DNA of 64,000 nt, taken from Escherichia coli. GTDB lineage: Bacteria; Pseudomonadota; Gammaproteobacteria; Enterobacterales; Enterobacteriaceae. Of this stretch, positions 1-11,559 are shown piece after piece; the stretch's first letter is position 1, and every line of letters starts with the position of its first letter. The stretch lies in assembly GCF_003334405.1 (NCBI RefSeq), contig NZ_QOWM01000013.1. The stretch is one strand, 5' to 3'. Both the position numbers and the translations under genes were made by a program. Below the pieces are notes generated by a model. The model was not told where the DNA came from. It saw only the letters and a program-made list of their open reading frames with translations, and searched no databases.

Positions 1-158
1 AGCAGGGGATTGACCGGATGGCCGGACGTCACTCCGCCGGGGCACACCGAACAGGCCACGCCGGTGGGGGCACCAATGCGCACCCCGGCTGAACCCTGAA
101 CAATGCTACCGCCATACTGCGTCATGTCGCCCTGACGCGCTGCCGGTTTTCCGCTCAT
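1..158 (-). CDS. rhsA: Rhs core protein, N-terminal 52 codons only (gene runs off the window start)
   Basis: Reverse strand from ATG at 158..156 translates MSGKPAARQGDMTQYGGSIVQGSAGVRIGAPTGVACSVCPGG..., the PAAR-like N-terminus typical of E. coli Rhs proteins; divergent from yibF as expected from K-12 gene order (recalled). Confidence 0.6.
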   Translation of the reverse strand, partial: MSGKPAARQGDMTQYGGSIVQGSAGVRIGAPTGVACSVCPGGVTSGHPVNPL

Positions 159-385
159 TTCTCATCCTTGTTTTATCGGGTTATTTGTCTGCTGACAGGC
201 GAAACCCTACAGATTTATAAGAAAGCCTGAAGTGAGATATCCATCAGAGTGAAATAATTAGGAAAATATTTATATCACCATGATAAATATGTGATTTATT
301 TGGAAGTAACAAACCATCAACATTTTCTGCCCTTTTTCCCATCACCAGGCCATACTGATATTTTTCCTCGCACAAAGGACTCGGC

Positions 386-994
386 ATGAAACTCGTCGGT
401 AGCTACACCAGCCCGTTTGTACGCAAACTTTCTATTCTGTTGTTAGAAAAGGGCATAACTTTCGAATTTATTAATGAACTGCCCTATAACGCGGACAACG
501 GCGTGGCGCAATTTAACCCGTTAGGAAAAGTGCCGGTGCTGGTGACCGAAGAGGGCGAATGCTGGTTTGATTCGCCGATCATCGCTGAATATATTGAATT
601 AATGAATGTCGCTCCGGCGATGTTGCCGCGCGATCCGCTGGAGTCGTTGCGGGTGCGCAAAATTGAGGCACTGGCGGATGGCATTATGGATGCCGGGCTG
701 GTATCGGTGCGTGAACAGGCGCGTCCAGCGGCGCAGCAGTCTGAAGATGAATTGTTACGCCAGCGGGAGAAAATCAACCGCAGTCTGGATGTGCTGGAAG
801 GATATCTGGTCGATGGCACACTCAAAACCGATACGGTCAATCTGGCGACTATCGCCATTGCCTGTGCCGTCGGATATCTCAATTTCCGCCGCGTTGCGCC
901 AGGTTGGTGTGTCGACCGCCCACACTTAGTCAAACTGGTCGAAAACCTGTTTAGCCGCGAAAGTTTTGCTCGCACCGAACCGCCAAAGGCTTGA
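386..994 (+). CDS. yibF: Glutathione S-transferase-like protein YibF
   Basis: 202-aa [31 protein letters not shown]... thioredoxin-like GST N-domain; recognised as YibF. Confidence 0.9.
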
Positions 995-1091
995 TGCGCG
1001 ATATGTCCTCCTGACCCATCTCACGTTACAATCCGTGGTTATGTTAAACGCCCTTCTCCGTGTGAGAGGGCCTTGATCAGCCAGGTTTCCT

Positions 1092-2483
1092 ATGACAACC
1101 GAAACGCGTTCCCTCTATAGTCAACTTCCGGCTATTGATCGCTTATTGCGCGATAGCTCCTTCCTTTCTTTGCGTGATACTTATGGTCACACCCGCGTGG
1201 TGGAATTGTTGCGTCAGATGCTCGACGAAGCGCGAGAAGTGATTCGTGGCAGCCAGACGCTGCCTGCGTGGTGTGAAAACTGGGCGCAAGAAGTCGATGC
1301 CCGGTTGACGAAAGAAGCGCAGAGCGCGCTGCGTCCGGTGATCAACCTGACGGGAACCGTGCTGCATACCAACCTTGGGCGAGCTTTACAGGCGGAAGCC
1401 GCGGTGGAAGCCGTTGCGCAGGCTATGCGTTCGCCAGTGACCCTCGAGTATGATCTGGACGACGCCGGACGCGGACATCGCGATCGGGCGCTGGCGCAGC
1501 TGCTGTGCCGTATTACGGGGGCGGAAGATGCCTGTATCGTCAATAACAATGCGGCGGCGGTGTTATTGATGTTGGCGGCCACTGCCAGCGGAAAAGAGGT
1601 GGTGGTATCTCGCGGCGAACTGGTGGAGATTGGCGGCGCGTTTCGTATTCCCGATGTTATGCGTCAGGCAGGCTGCACCCTACACGAAGTAGGGACCACC
1701 AACCGCACGCACGCGAATGATTATCGTCAGGCGGTGAATGAAAATACCGCACTGTTGATGAAAGTACATACCAGTAACTACAGCATTCAGGGGTTCACCA
1801 AAGCGATAGATGAAGCGGAACTGGTGGCGCTCGGCAAAGAGCTGGATGTTCCCGTAGTGACTGATTTAGGCAGTGGCTCGCTGGTCGATCTTAGCCAGTA
1901 CGGTTTGCCGAAAGAGCCAATGCCGCAGGAGTTGATTGCGGCGGGCGTCAGTCTGGTGAGTTTCTCCGGCGACAAGTTGTTAGGCGGGCCGCAGGCAGGA
2001 ATTATTGTTGGTAAAAAAGAGATGATCGCCCGCCTGCAAAGCCACCCGCTGAAGCGTGCATTACGCGCGGATAAAATGACCCTCGCGGCGCTGGAAGCCA
2101 CGTTGCGTCTTTATTTACACCCTGAAGCTCTGAGTGAAAAATTACCGACCCTGCGCCTGCTTACCCGCAGCGCAGAGGTCATTCAAATCCAGGCACAACG
2201 TTTACAGGCCCCCCTTGCCGCACATTACGGCGCGGAGTTTGCGGTACAGGTTATGCCATGTCTTTCGCAGATTGGCAGTGGTTCGCTGCCGGTTGATCGC
2301 CTGCCGAGCGCGGCATTAACGTTTACACCCCATGATGGACGCGGTAGCCACCTTGAGTCATTAGCCGCCCGCTGGCGTGAATTGCCAGTGCCGGTGATTG
2401 GTCGTATTTATGACGGACGATTGTGGCTGGATTTACGCTGCCTTGAAGATGAGCAACGGTTTTTGGAGATGTTGTTGAAATGA
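1092..2483 (+). CDS. selA: L-seryl-tRNA(Sec) selenium transferase
   Basis: 463-aa ORF recognised as SelA; 4-bp ATGA overlap with selB start (2480..2483). Confidence 0.95.
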   Translation: MTTETRSLYSQLPAIDRLLRDSSFLSLRDTYGHTRVVELLRQMLDEAREVIRGSQTLPAWCENWAQEVDARLTKEAQSALRPVINLTGTVLHTNLGRALQAEAAVEAVAQAMRSPVTLEYDLDDAGRGHRDRALAQLLCRITGAEDACIVNNNAAAVLLMLAATASGKEVVVSRGELVEIGGAFRIPDVMRQAGCTLHEVGTTNRTHANDYRQAVNENTALLMKVHTSNYSIQGFTKAIDEAELVALGKELDVPVVTDLGSGSLVDLSQYGLPKEPMPQELIAAGVSLVSFSGDKLLGGPQAGIIVGKKEMIARLQSHPLKRALRADKMTLAALEATLRLYLHPEALSEKLPTLRLLTRSAEVIQIQAQRLQAPLAAHYGAEFAVQVMPCLSQIGSGSLPVDRLPSAALTFTPHDGRGSHLESLAARWRELPVPVIGRIYDGRLWLDLRCLEDEQRFLEMLLK

Positions 2484-4324
2484 TTATTGCGACTGCCGGA
2501 CACGTTGACCACGGCAAAACAACCTTATTGCAGGCGATTACTGGCGTAAATGCTGACCGTCTGCCGGAAGAAAAAAAGCGCGGCATGACCATCGATCTCG
2601 GCTATGCCTACTGGCCGCAGCCGGATGGTCGCGTGCCTGGTTTTATCGACGTTCCCGGTCATGAAAAGTTTCTTTCCAACATGCTGGCGGGCGTTGGTGG
2701 TATCGATCACGCGCTGTTGGTGGTGGCGTGCGATGACGGCGTGATGGCACAGACCCGTGAGCATCTGGCGATTTTGCAGCTGACCGGTAACCCGATGCTG
2801 ACAGTGGCGCTGACCAAAGCCGATCGCGTGGACGAAGCGCGTGTTGATGAGGTTGAACGCCAGGTAAAGGAGGTTCTGCGGGAATACGGTTTTGCTGAGG
2901 CAAAACTGTTTATCACCGCAGCAACCGAAGGTCGGGGAATGGATGCCCTGCGCGAGCATCTGCTTCAGTTGCCGGAACGCGAGCACGCCAGCCAACATAG
3001 TTTCCGCCTCGCGATTGACCGCGCATTTACCGTAAAAGGTGCCGGGCTGGTCGTCACCGGTACGGCGTTAAGCGGGGAAGTGAAGGTAGGCGATTCACTC
3101 TGGCTGACTGGTGTAAATAAACCGATGCGTGTACGTGCGCTGCATGCGCAAAACCAGCCAACAGAAACCGCCAATGCCGGGCAGCGTATCGCGCTTAACA
3201 TCGCGGGTGATGCGGAAAAAGAGCAGATTAACCGTGGCGACTGGCTGCTTGCCGATGTGCCGCCAGAGCCGTTCACACGGGTGATTGTCGAGCTTCAAAC
3301 CCATACACCGCTGACCCAGTGGCAGCCGCTGCATATTCACCACGCCGCCAGCCACGTCACGGGACGCGTTTCACTGCTGGAAGATAACCTTGCTGAACTG
3401 GTCTTCGACACCCCGTTATGGCTGGCAGATAACGACCGCCTGGTATTGCGCGATATCTCTGCCCGCAACACGCTGGCCGGAGCGCGCGTCGTGATGCTTA
3501 ACCCGCCGCGTCGCGGTAAACGTAAGCCGGAATATCTGCAATGGCTGGCGTCTCTTGCACGGGCGCAGAGCGATGCCGATGCGTTATCTGTTCATCTGGA
3601 ACGCGGCGCGGTTAACCTTGCGGATTTCGCCTGGGCGCGCCAGCTCAACGGCGAAGGGATGCGCGAATTGCTGCAACAGCCTGGTTATATTCAGGCTGGT
3701 TATAGCTTGTTGAATGCGCCGGTTGCCGCCCGCTGGCAGCGGAAAATTCTCGACACATTAGCGACTTATCATGAGCAACATCGCGATGAACCTGGCCCTG
3801 GGCGCGAACGTCTGCGACGTATGGCGTTGCCAATGGAAGATGAAGCGCTGGTACTGTTGCTGATTGAAAAGATGCGCGAAAGCGGCGACATCCACAGCCA
3901 TCACGGCTGGCTGCATCTGCCAGATCACAAAGCGGGCTTCAGCGAAGAGCAGCAGGCCATCTGGCAAAAAGCAGAGCCACTGTTTGGTGACGAACCGTGG
4001 TGGGTGCGTGACCTGGCAAAAGAGACGGGAACCGACGAGCAGGCAATGCGCCTGACTCTACGCCAGGCGGCGCAGCAAGGAATAATTACCGCGATCGTTA
4101 AAGATCGTTATTACCGTAACGATCGGATTGTCGAGTTTGCCAATATGATCCGCGATCTCGATCAGGAGTGTGGTTCAACCTGCGCGGCGGATTTCCGCGA
4201 TCGCTTAGGCGTAGGCCGAAAGCTGGCAATTCAGATTCTGGAATATTTTGACCGCATTGGCTTTACGCGTCGTCGTGGAAATGATCATTTATTGCGCGAC
4301 GCATTATTATTTCCGGAAAAATAA
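2480..4324 (+). CDS. selB: Selenocysteine-specific translation elongation factor
   Basis: 614-aa ORF with N-terminal GTPase P-loop [11 protein letters not shown]; recognised as SelB. Confidence 0.95.
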
Positions 4325-4374
4325 GGAAATGATTAATTAAGTTTTAAAATAAATTAATACAAAATTCTTATGAA

Positions 4375-4419
4375 TTTAAAAAAAGCACATTGTTTAATGA
4401 ATACAATGTGCTTTTTATT
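4375..4419. terminator. Rho-independent terminator after selB (A-tract / hairpin / T-tract, potentially bidirectional)
   Basis: Stem agcacattg (4384..4392) pairs with caatgtgct (4405..4413), followed by TTTTT (4414..4418) and preceded by an A-run. Confidence 0.5.
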
Positions 4420-4513
4420 AGATTAATTTTGATAATCAATAATACTGATCATATTTTCGAATGAAAATCCTCAGTAAGCTGCCCGCCCTTTTTTACACTT
4501 TCAGGAGTGTGTT

Positions 4514-5665
4514 ATGGCAGCTTCAACGTTCTTTATTCCTTCTGTGAATGTCATCGGCGCTGATTCATTGACTGATGCAATGAATATGATGGCAGATTAT
4601 GGATTTACCCGTACCTTAATTGTCACTGACAATATGTTAACGAAATTAGGTATGGCGGGCGATGTGCAAAAAGCACTGGAAGAACGCAATATTTTTAGCG
4701 TTATTTATGATGGCACCCAACCTAACCCCACCACGGAAAACGTCGCCGCAGGTTTGAAATTACTTAAAGAGAATAATTGCGATAGCGTGATCTCCTTAGG
4801 CGGTGGTTCTCCACACGACTGCGCAAAAGGTATTGCGCTGGTGGCAGCCAATGGCGGCGATATTCGCGATTACGAAGGCGTTGACCGCTCTGCAAAACCG
4901 CAGCTGCCGATGATCGCCATCAATACCACGGCGGGTACGGCCTCTGAAATGACCCGTTTCTGCATCATCACTGACGAAGCGCGTCATATCAAAATGGCGA
5001 TTGTTGATAAACATGTCACTCCGCTGCTTTCTGTCAATGACTCCTCTCTGATGATTGGTATGCCGAAGTCACTGACCGCCGCAACGGGTATGGATGCCTT
5101 AACGCACGCTATCGAAGCATATGTTTCTATTGCCGCCACGCCGATCACTGACGCTTGTGCACTGAAAGCCGTGACCATGATTGCCGAAAACCTGCCGTTA
5201 GCCGTTGAAGATGGCAGTAATGCGAAAGCGCGTGAAGCAATGGCTTATGCCCAGTTCCTCGCCGGTATGGCGTTCAATAATGCTTCTCTGGGTTATGTTC
5301 ATGCGATGGCGCACCAGCTGGGCGGTTTCTACAACCTGCCACACGGTGTATGTAACGCCGTTTTGCTGCCGCACGTTCAGGTATTCAACAGCAAAGTCGC
5401 CGCTGCACGTCTGCGTGACTGTGCCGCTGCAATGGGCGTGAACGTGACAGGTAAAAACGACGCGGAAGGTGCTGAAGCCTGCATTAACGCCATCCGTGAA
5501 CTGGCGAAGAAAGTGGATATCCCGGCAGGCCTACGCGACCTGAACGTGAAAGAAGAAGATTTCGCGGTATTGGCGACTAATGCCCTGAAAGATGCCTGTG
5601 GCTTTACTAACCCGATCCAGGCAACTCACGAAGAAATTGTGGCGATTTATCGCGCAGCGATGTAA
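4514..5665 (+). CDS. yiaY: Iron-containing (group III) alcohol dehydrogenase YiaY
   Basis: 383-aa ORF recognised as YiaY, Fe-ADH family. Confidence 0.9.
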
Positions 5666-5829
5666 TCATCATTTCCACAACGGCTGGCAAATTGTCAGCC
5701 GCTTTTTCAACTATCTCTGTAACCCTTGCCCGTAAATTCGTGATAGCTGTCGTAAAGCTGTTACCGACTGGCGAAGATTTCGCCAGTCACGTCTACCCTT
5801 GTTATACCTCACACCGCAAGGAGACGATC

Positions 5830-7368
5830 ATGACCAATAATCCCCCTTCAGCACAGATTAAGCCCGGCGAGTATGGTTTCCCCCTCAAGTTAAAAGCCCG
5901 CTATGACAACTTTATTGGCGGCGAATGGGTAGCCCCTGCCGACGGCGAGTATTACCAGAATCTGACGCCGGTGACCGGGCAGCTGCTGTGCGAAGTGGCG
6001 TCTTCGGGCAAACGAGACATCGATCTGGCGCTGGATGCTGCGCACAAAGTGAAAGATAAATGGGCGCACACCTCGGTGCAGGATCGTGCGGCGATTCTGT
6101 TTAAGATTGCCGATCGAATGGAACAAAACCTCGAGCTGTTAGCGACAGCTGAAACCTGGGATAACGGCAAACCCATTCGCGAAACCAGTGCTGCGGATGT
6201 ACCGCTGGCGATTGACCATTTCCGCTATTTCGCCTCGTGTATTCGGGCGCAGGAAGGTGGGATCAGTGAAGTTGATAGCGAAACCGTGGCCTATCATTTC
6301 CATGAACCGTTAGGCGTGGTGGGGCAGATTATCCCGTGGAACTTCCCGCTGCTGATGGCGAGCTGGAAAATGGCTCCCGCGCTGGCGGCGGGCAACTGTG
6401 TGGTGCTGAAACCCGCACGTCTTACCCCGCTTTCTGTACTGCTGCTAATGGAAATTGTCGGTGATTTACTGCCGCCGGGCGTGGTGAACGTGGTCAATGG
6501 CGCAGGTGGGGTAATTGGCGAATATCTGGCGACCTCGAAACGCATCGCCAAAGTGGCGTTTACCGGCTCAACGGAAGTGGGCCAACAAATTATGCAATAC
6601 GCAACGCAAAACATTATTCCGGTGACGCTGGAGTTGGGCGGTAAGTCGCCAAATATCTTCTTTGCTGATGTGATGGATGAAGAAGATGCCTTTTTCGATA
6701 AAGCGCTGGAAGGCTTTGCACTGTTTGCCTTTAACCAGGGCGAAGTTTGCACCTGTCCGAGTCGTGCTTTAGTGCAGGAATCTATCTACGAACGCTTTAT
6801 GGAACGCGCCATCCGCCGTGTCGAAAGCATTCGTAGCGGTAACCCGCTCGACAGCGTGACGCAAATGGGCGCGCAGGTTTCTCACGGGCAACTGGAAACC
6901 ATCCTCAACTACATTGATATCGGTAAAAAAGAGGGCGCTGACGTGCTCACAGGCGGGCGGCGCAAGCTGCTGGAAGGTGAACTGAAAGACGGCTACTACC
7001 TCGAACCGACGATTCTGTTTGGTCAGAACAATATGCGGGTGTTCCAGGAGGAGATTTTTGGCCCGGTGCTGGCGGTGACCACCTTCAAAACGATGGAAGA
7101 AGCGCTGGAGCTGGCGAACGATACGCAATATGGCCTGGGCGCGGGCGTCTGGAGCCGCAACGGTAATCTGGCCTATAAGATGGGGCGCGGCATACAGGCT
7201 GGGCGCGTGTGGACCAACTGTTATCACGCTTACCCGGCACATGCGGCGTTTGGTGGCTACAAACAATCAGGTATCGGTCGCGAAACCCACAAGATGATGC
7301 TGGAGCATTACCAGCAAACCAAGTGCCTGCTGGTGAGCTACTCGGATAAACCGTTGGGGCTGTTCTGA
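5830..7368 (+). CDS. aldB: Aldehyde dehydrogenase B
   Basis: ORF track gives 558 aa from 5692; I place the start at ATG 5830 ([17 protein letters not shown]...), giving the 512 aa I recall for AldB. Confidence 0.93.
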   Translation: MTNNPPSAQIKPGEYGFPLKLKARYDNFIGGEWVAPADGEYYQNLTPVTGQLLCEVASSGKRDIDLALDAAHKVKDKWAHTSVQDRAAILFKIADRMEQNLELLATAETWDNGKPIRETSAADVPLAIDHFRYFASCIRAQEGGISEVDSETVAYHFHEPLGVVGQIIPWNFPLLMASWKMAPALAAGNCVVLKPARLTPLSVLLLMEIVGDLLPPGVVNVVNGAGGVIGEYLATSKRIAKVAFTGSTEVGQQIMQYATQNIIPVTLELGGKSPNIFFADVMDEEDAFFDKALEGFALFAFNQGEVCTCPSRALVQESIYERFMERAIRRVESIRSGNPLDSVTQMGAQVSHGQLETILNYIDIGKKEGADVLTGGRRKLLEGELKDGYYLEPTILFGQNNMRVFQEEIFGPVLAVTTFKTMEEALELANDTQYGLGAGVWSRNGNLAYKMGRGIQAGRVWTNCYHAYPAHAAFGGYKQSGIGRETHKMMLEHYQQTKCLLVSYSDKPLGLF

Positions 7369-7399
7369 TATAAGAAGCTGGTCGCATTGGGTATTCATT

Positions 7400-7483
7400 G
7401 CCTGATGCGACGCTTACGCGTCTTATCATGCCTACGGGAACCTGACCGTAGGCCGGATAAGGCGTACACGCCGCATCCGGCAT
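7400..7483. repeat. REP/BIME element (two inverted palindromic units) downstream of aldB
   Basis: gcctgatgcgacgcttacgcgtcttatcatgcctac ... gtaggccggataaggcgtacacgccgcatccggcat; near-identical to the copy at 56178..56212. Confidence 0.7.
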
Positions 7484-7912
7484 AAACAAAGCGCACGTTG
7501 TTACAATTTACGTTTTAAACCTACGTGCGCAATAACCCAGACTACGCCAACAGAAGTACGTTTCTGGGGCGTGTTTTGTCAGGAGTTTAATCTCGCGTTT
7601 CGATGGTGAGCGGGCGAACCAGGCCGTAAATCACCATTGGTGATCCGAGGCCAATCAGCAATAAACGGTAGATAATTGAAGGTTTAATACGCTTAATCTG
7701 TACTGTGGATGTTTTACTGGAGTTATTCATTAGTTTGGCCAATAGTTCCACTATTTCAATATGATAAACCTCGTCCTGTTGAAAAACCAGACAGCACATT
7801 TAAGAAAGTATATAAAAAACAATATGTCGTTATATAAATAAGGAAATTGCACTGCATCATGGCATTTCATAATATGCGTTAATTGTTCTTTTTTATATTC
7901 TTTGAGGGAAAT

Positions 7913-8236
7913 ATGTTCCTGGACTATTTTGCACTGGGAGTGCTTATTTTTGTATTTCTGGTGATCTTCTATGGGATCATTATTTTACATGATATTCCCT
8001 ACCTGATTGCCAAAAAACGTAATCATCCTCATGCCGACGCCATTCATGTTGCTGGTTGGGTGAGTCTTTTTACGTTACATGTTATCTGGCCGTTTTTGTG
8101 GATTTGGGCCACGCTTTACCGCCCGGAGCGGGGATGGGGAATGCAAAGCCATGATTCATCCGTTATGCAACTGCAACAGCGCATTGCCGGGCTGGAGAAA
8201 CAGCTCGCCGACATCAAATCCTCTTCTGCCGAGTAA
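7913..8236 (+). CDS. yiaW: Small inner-membrane protein YiaW (recalled as DUF3302 family)
   Basis: Start placed at ATG 7913 ([21 protein letters not shown]...), giving 107 aa with gaggga RBS upstream; two predicted TM segments. Confidence 0.8.
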
Positions 8237-8241
8237 TACTT

Positions 8242-9378
8242 ATGGATTTACTGATTATTTTGACCTATGTGGCTTTTGCATGGGCAATGTTTAAGATCTT
8301 CAAAATTCCCGTAAATAAATGGACCATTCCCACAGCGGCCCTGGGTGGAATATTTATTGTCAGCGGTCTAATTCTGTTAATGAACTATAACCATCCGTAT
8401 ACCTTTAAAGCGCAAAAAGCGGTTATTTCTATTCCTGTTGTCCCACAGGTGACTGGTGTGGTGATTGAAGTGACGGATAAGAAAAATACGCTGATTAAAA
8501 AAGGTGAGGTGCTATTTCGACTGGACCCGACGCGTTATCAGGCGCGGGTGGATCGGCTGATGGCGGATATCGTTACCGCAGAACATAAACAGCGGGCGTT
8601 GGGCGCAGAGTTAGATGAGATGGCGGCGAATACTCAGCAGGCAAAGGCCACGCGGGATAAATTCGCTAAAGAGTATCAGCGTTACGCACGTGGCAGCCAG
8701 GCGAAAGTAAACCCGTTTTCAGAACGCGATATCGATGTGGCGCGGCAAAATTATCTGGCGCAGGAAGCCTCCGTGAAGTCATCGGCGGCGGAACAAAAAC
8801 AGATCCAGAGCCAGCTGGATAGCCTGGTGTTGGGTGAACATTCTCAAATCGCCAGCCTGAAAGCACAGCTCGCGGAAGCAAAATATAACCTTGAGCAGAC
8901 GATAGTGCGTGCGCCGAGCGATGGTTATGTGACCCAGGTACTGATTCGTCCGGGTACCTATGCCGCGTCGCTGCCGCTACGTCCGGTGATGGTGTTTATA
9001 CCCGATCAGAAACGACAAATCGTGGCGCAGTTCCGTCAGAACTCCTTGCTGCGACTGGCTCCTGGCGACGATGCGGAAGTGGTGTTTAATGCTCTGCCAG
9101 GTAAGGTATTCAGCGGTAAGCTGGCAGCCATTAGTCCAGCCGTTCCCGGCGGAGCTTATCAGTCGACCGGCACCTTACAGACGTTAAACACAGCGCCGGG
9201 TTCAGATGGCGTTATCGCGACCATTGAACTGGATGAGCACACTGATTTGAGCGCTTTACCAGACGGTATTTACGCCCAGGTGGCGGTTTACTCTGATCAT
9301 TTCAGCCATGTCTCGGTGATGCGCAAAGTGCTATTACGCATGACCAGCTGGGTGCATTACCTTTATCTCGATCATTAA
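8242..9378 (+). CDS. yiaV: HlyD-family membrane-fusion (periplasmic adaptor) protein YiaV
   Basis: 378-aa ORF with N-terminal TM helix and long coiled-coil region; 6 bp downstream of yiaW. Confidence 0.85.
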
Positions 9379-10349
9379 TCTTCGCTTTCCGCCGCTTGTT
9401 CAGGCCGCAGTTGCTGCGACTGAGCAAGCTGGTGGCGAATTTCACGCAGCATTTCATCCAGCACATACTGGACCCGCCAGGGCTGGTATTCCCGTTTACG
9501 GAAGATAGCCACCAGATCCAGCCACCATTCATAGGGTTGCTGAAAGCAGGGCACCAGCGTGCCGTCTTGCAGGTCGCTCTGCACACTTTTGTCTGGCGCA
9601 AACACAATCCCCAGGTGATTTCGTGCCAGCTCCAGCGCAGATTGCGTGTTGTCGCAAACGTAATTTCCCTTCACGCGATAATCCCGCACCTCTTTACTCC
9701 CGGCGACGTTGAAGCGCCAGATATTCGCGTCGTCGATCATCATCGAGTCGATCAAAATACAGGAGTGATGTTCGAGTTCGTCAGGACGGCTAATGGGATG
9801 TTTCTCAAGATAGCGCTGGCTGGCATAAGCGGTTACGGCATATTGGGTAATAAAACTGGCAACCAGCGATTCATCTTTTGGTGGAGCGTAGCTGATTAAA
9901 ACATCACAATCATCAGGAAATTCGACGCCTTCATAAAAGGCATTACGCTCAAGATTGCAGGTTTTTAGCGATAAGGTGATATCACCGATATCTTTAATTT
10001 TATCGATTACATGTTTGGATAAATAGGTAATTATGCCGGTTGGGGCGTAGATGGTGACCCGACCACGTTTCTCATGCTTATAATCTGCAATAAAATTATT
10101 AAGTTGCTCGTTTCTGTCCAGCATGTCGTTGATGTACGGTAACAGCGCGGTGCCAAAAGGTGTGAGCATCAGCTGCCGGGTGGTTCGGTCAAAGACTTTT
10201 AAACCCACTTTTGATTCAAAATCAGCAAGATATTTGCTGACGTTGGCCTGTGCGATGCCAAGTACAGTCGCGGCATGGCTGATATTTTCACTGGCAGCGA
10301 TTACCGAGATAATTTTTAACTCCCGGTACTTAAGTTGTAATTTTGTCAT
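9375..10349 (-). CDS. yiaU: LysR-family transcriptional regulator YiaU
   Basis: 324-aa ORF with N-terminal HTH ([19 protein letters not shown]); 4-bp convergent overlap with yiaV. Confidence 0.85.
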
Positions 10350-10472
10350 CGCAACAGCCCAATTATATATAATTTTATATATTACTATATAAATATGAAT
10401 CTTGCACCGGAGAAATTGTAAGCATTATTATGCCGACTCTTTTTTATCTTATTTTAAAATGGAATACCGGAC

Positions 10473-11213
10473 ATGTTAATTAATCGCAATATTGTGGCGT
10501 TATTTGCGTTGCCTTTTATGGCAAGCGCAACTGCTTCTGAATTATCCATTGGTGCTGGTGCGGCTTATAATGAATCGCCTTATCGCGGTTATAATGAAAA
10601 TACGAAGGCAATTCCGCTGATTAGTTATGAAGGTGATACTTTTTATGTTCGTCAGACCACGTTAGGTTTTATTCTGTCGCAAAGTGAAAAAAATGAACTT
10701 AGCCTGACCGCATCCTGGATGCCGCTGGAATTTGACCCTACCGATAATGACGATTATGCCATGCAACAGCTTGATAAGCGTGATAGTACGGCTATGGCGG
10801 GGGTTGCCTGGTATCACCACGAGCGTTGGGGAACCGTGAAAGCCTCTGCAGCTGCGGACGTTCTGGATAACAGCAACGGCTGGGTGGGGGAGCTATCGGT
10901 ATTCCACAAAATGCAGATAGGTCGTCTGTCGCTGACACCTGCGCTGGGCGTTCTCTATTATGACGAGAATTTCAGTGACTATTACTATGGCATTTCAGAG
11001 AGTGAGTCCCGTCGTAGCGGTCTGGCAAGTTATTCCGCGCAGGATGCCTGGGTGCCCTATGTCAGCCTGACGGCAAAATACCCGATAGGAGAGCACGTCG
11101 TATTGATGGCGAGCGCAGGATACAGCGAGCTGCCGGAAGAGATTACCGACAGCCCGATGATTGATCGTAATGAGAGTTTTACCTTTGTCACCGGGGTGAG
11201 CTGGCGTTTTTAA
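10473..11213 (+). CDS. yiaT: MipA/OmpV-family outer-membrane protein YiaT
   Basis: 246-aa ORF with signal peptide and C-terminal ...GVSWRF beta-barrel terminus. Confidence 0.85.
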   Translation: MLINRNIVALFALPFMASATASELSIGAGAAYNESPYRGYNENTKAIPLISYEGDTFYVRQTTLGFILSQSEKNELSLTASWMPLEFDPTDNDDYAMQQLDKRDSTAMAGVAWYHHERWGTVKASAAADVLDNSNGWVGELSVFHKMQIGRLSLTPALGVLYYDENFSDYYYGISESESRRSGLASYSAQDAWVPYVSLTAKYPIGEHVVLMASAGYSELPEEITDSPMIDRNESFTFVTGVSWRF

Positions 11214-11468
11214 TTCACCGGTGGATGTCGGTGCGGCTGGTGCTCCGTCGTAATGCCACAAAGGTTGTTGCTCTGGATTGCTCTGTTCATACCGGGAACC
11301 TGGCGTCTGAATCAGGATCTTATGGCTGAACAATCCCTTGCCTTCAAATGTCGTAAATGGCGCATCGGCGGGCAGCAACAGGTTATGCAGTGACTCGACG
11401 TTGTCGGCCTGCTCCATGCAATACGGTTTAATGACGTTGGCTATTTCCGGCAGATTTTTCAGAAACAT
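11214..11468 (-). other. Possible gene remnant or small ORF downstream of sgbE (about 85 codons before the frame runs antisense into yiaT)
   Basis: ATG at 11468..11466 opens a frame (MFLKNLPEIANVIKPYCMEQADNVESLHNLLLPADAPFTTFEGKGLFSHKILIQTPGSRYEQ...) with protein-like composition; no recognisable full-length homologue from memory. Confidence 0.2.
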
Positions 11469-11559
11469 ACTGGTTTAACGCCAGCAGCGTGGAAGCGGCG
11501 TTACAGCAAGGAACATATCAATTCGTAGTGCCGGGGCGATGAAGCCCCGGCGTGAGGGA

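Noticed and set aside
5692-5829. N-terminal extensions in the ORF track (aldB here; likewise avtA, xylF, xylA, yiaF, ghrB, tag, yhjX, eptB, yhjV)
   Set aside because: The track starts each ORF at the first possible start codon, including GTG and TTG. Internal ATG starts with good Shine-Dalgarno spacing reproduce the expected protein lengths, so the extensions were not called.
7587-7799. 70-aa minus-strand ORF in the AT-rich aldB-yiaW intergenic region
   Set aside because: Low-complexity composition, no recognisable RBS or homologue; more likely promoter DNA for yiaW.
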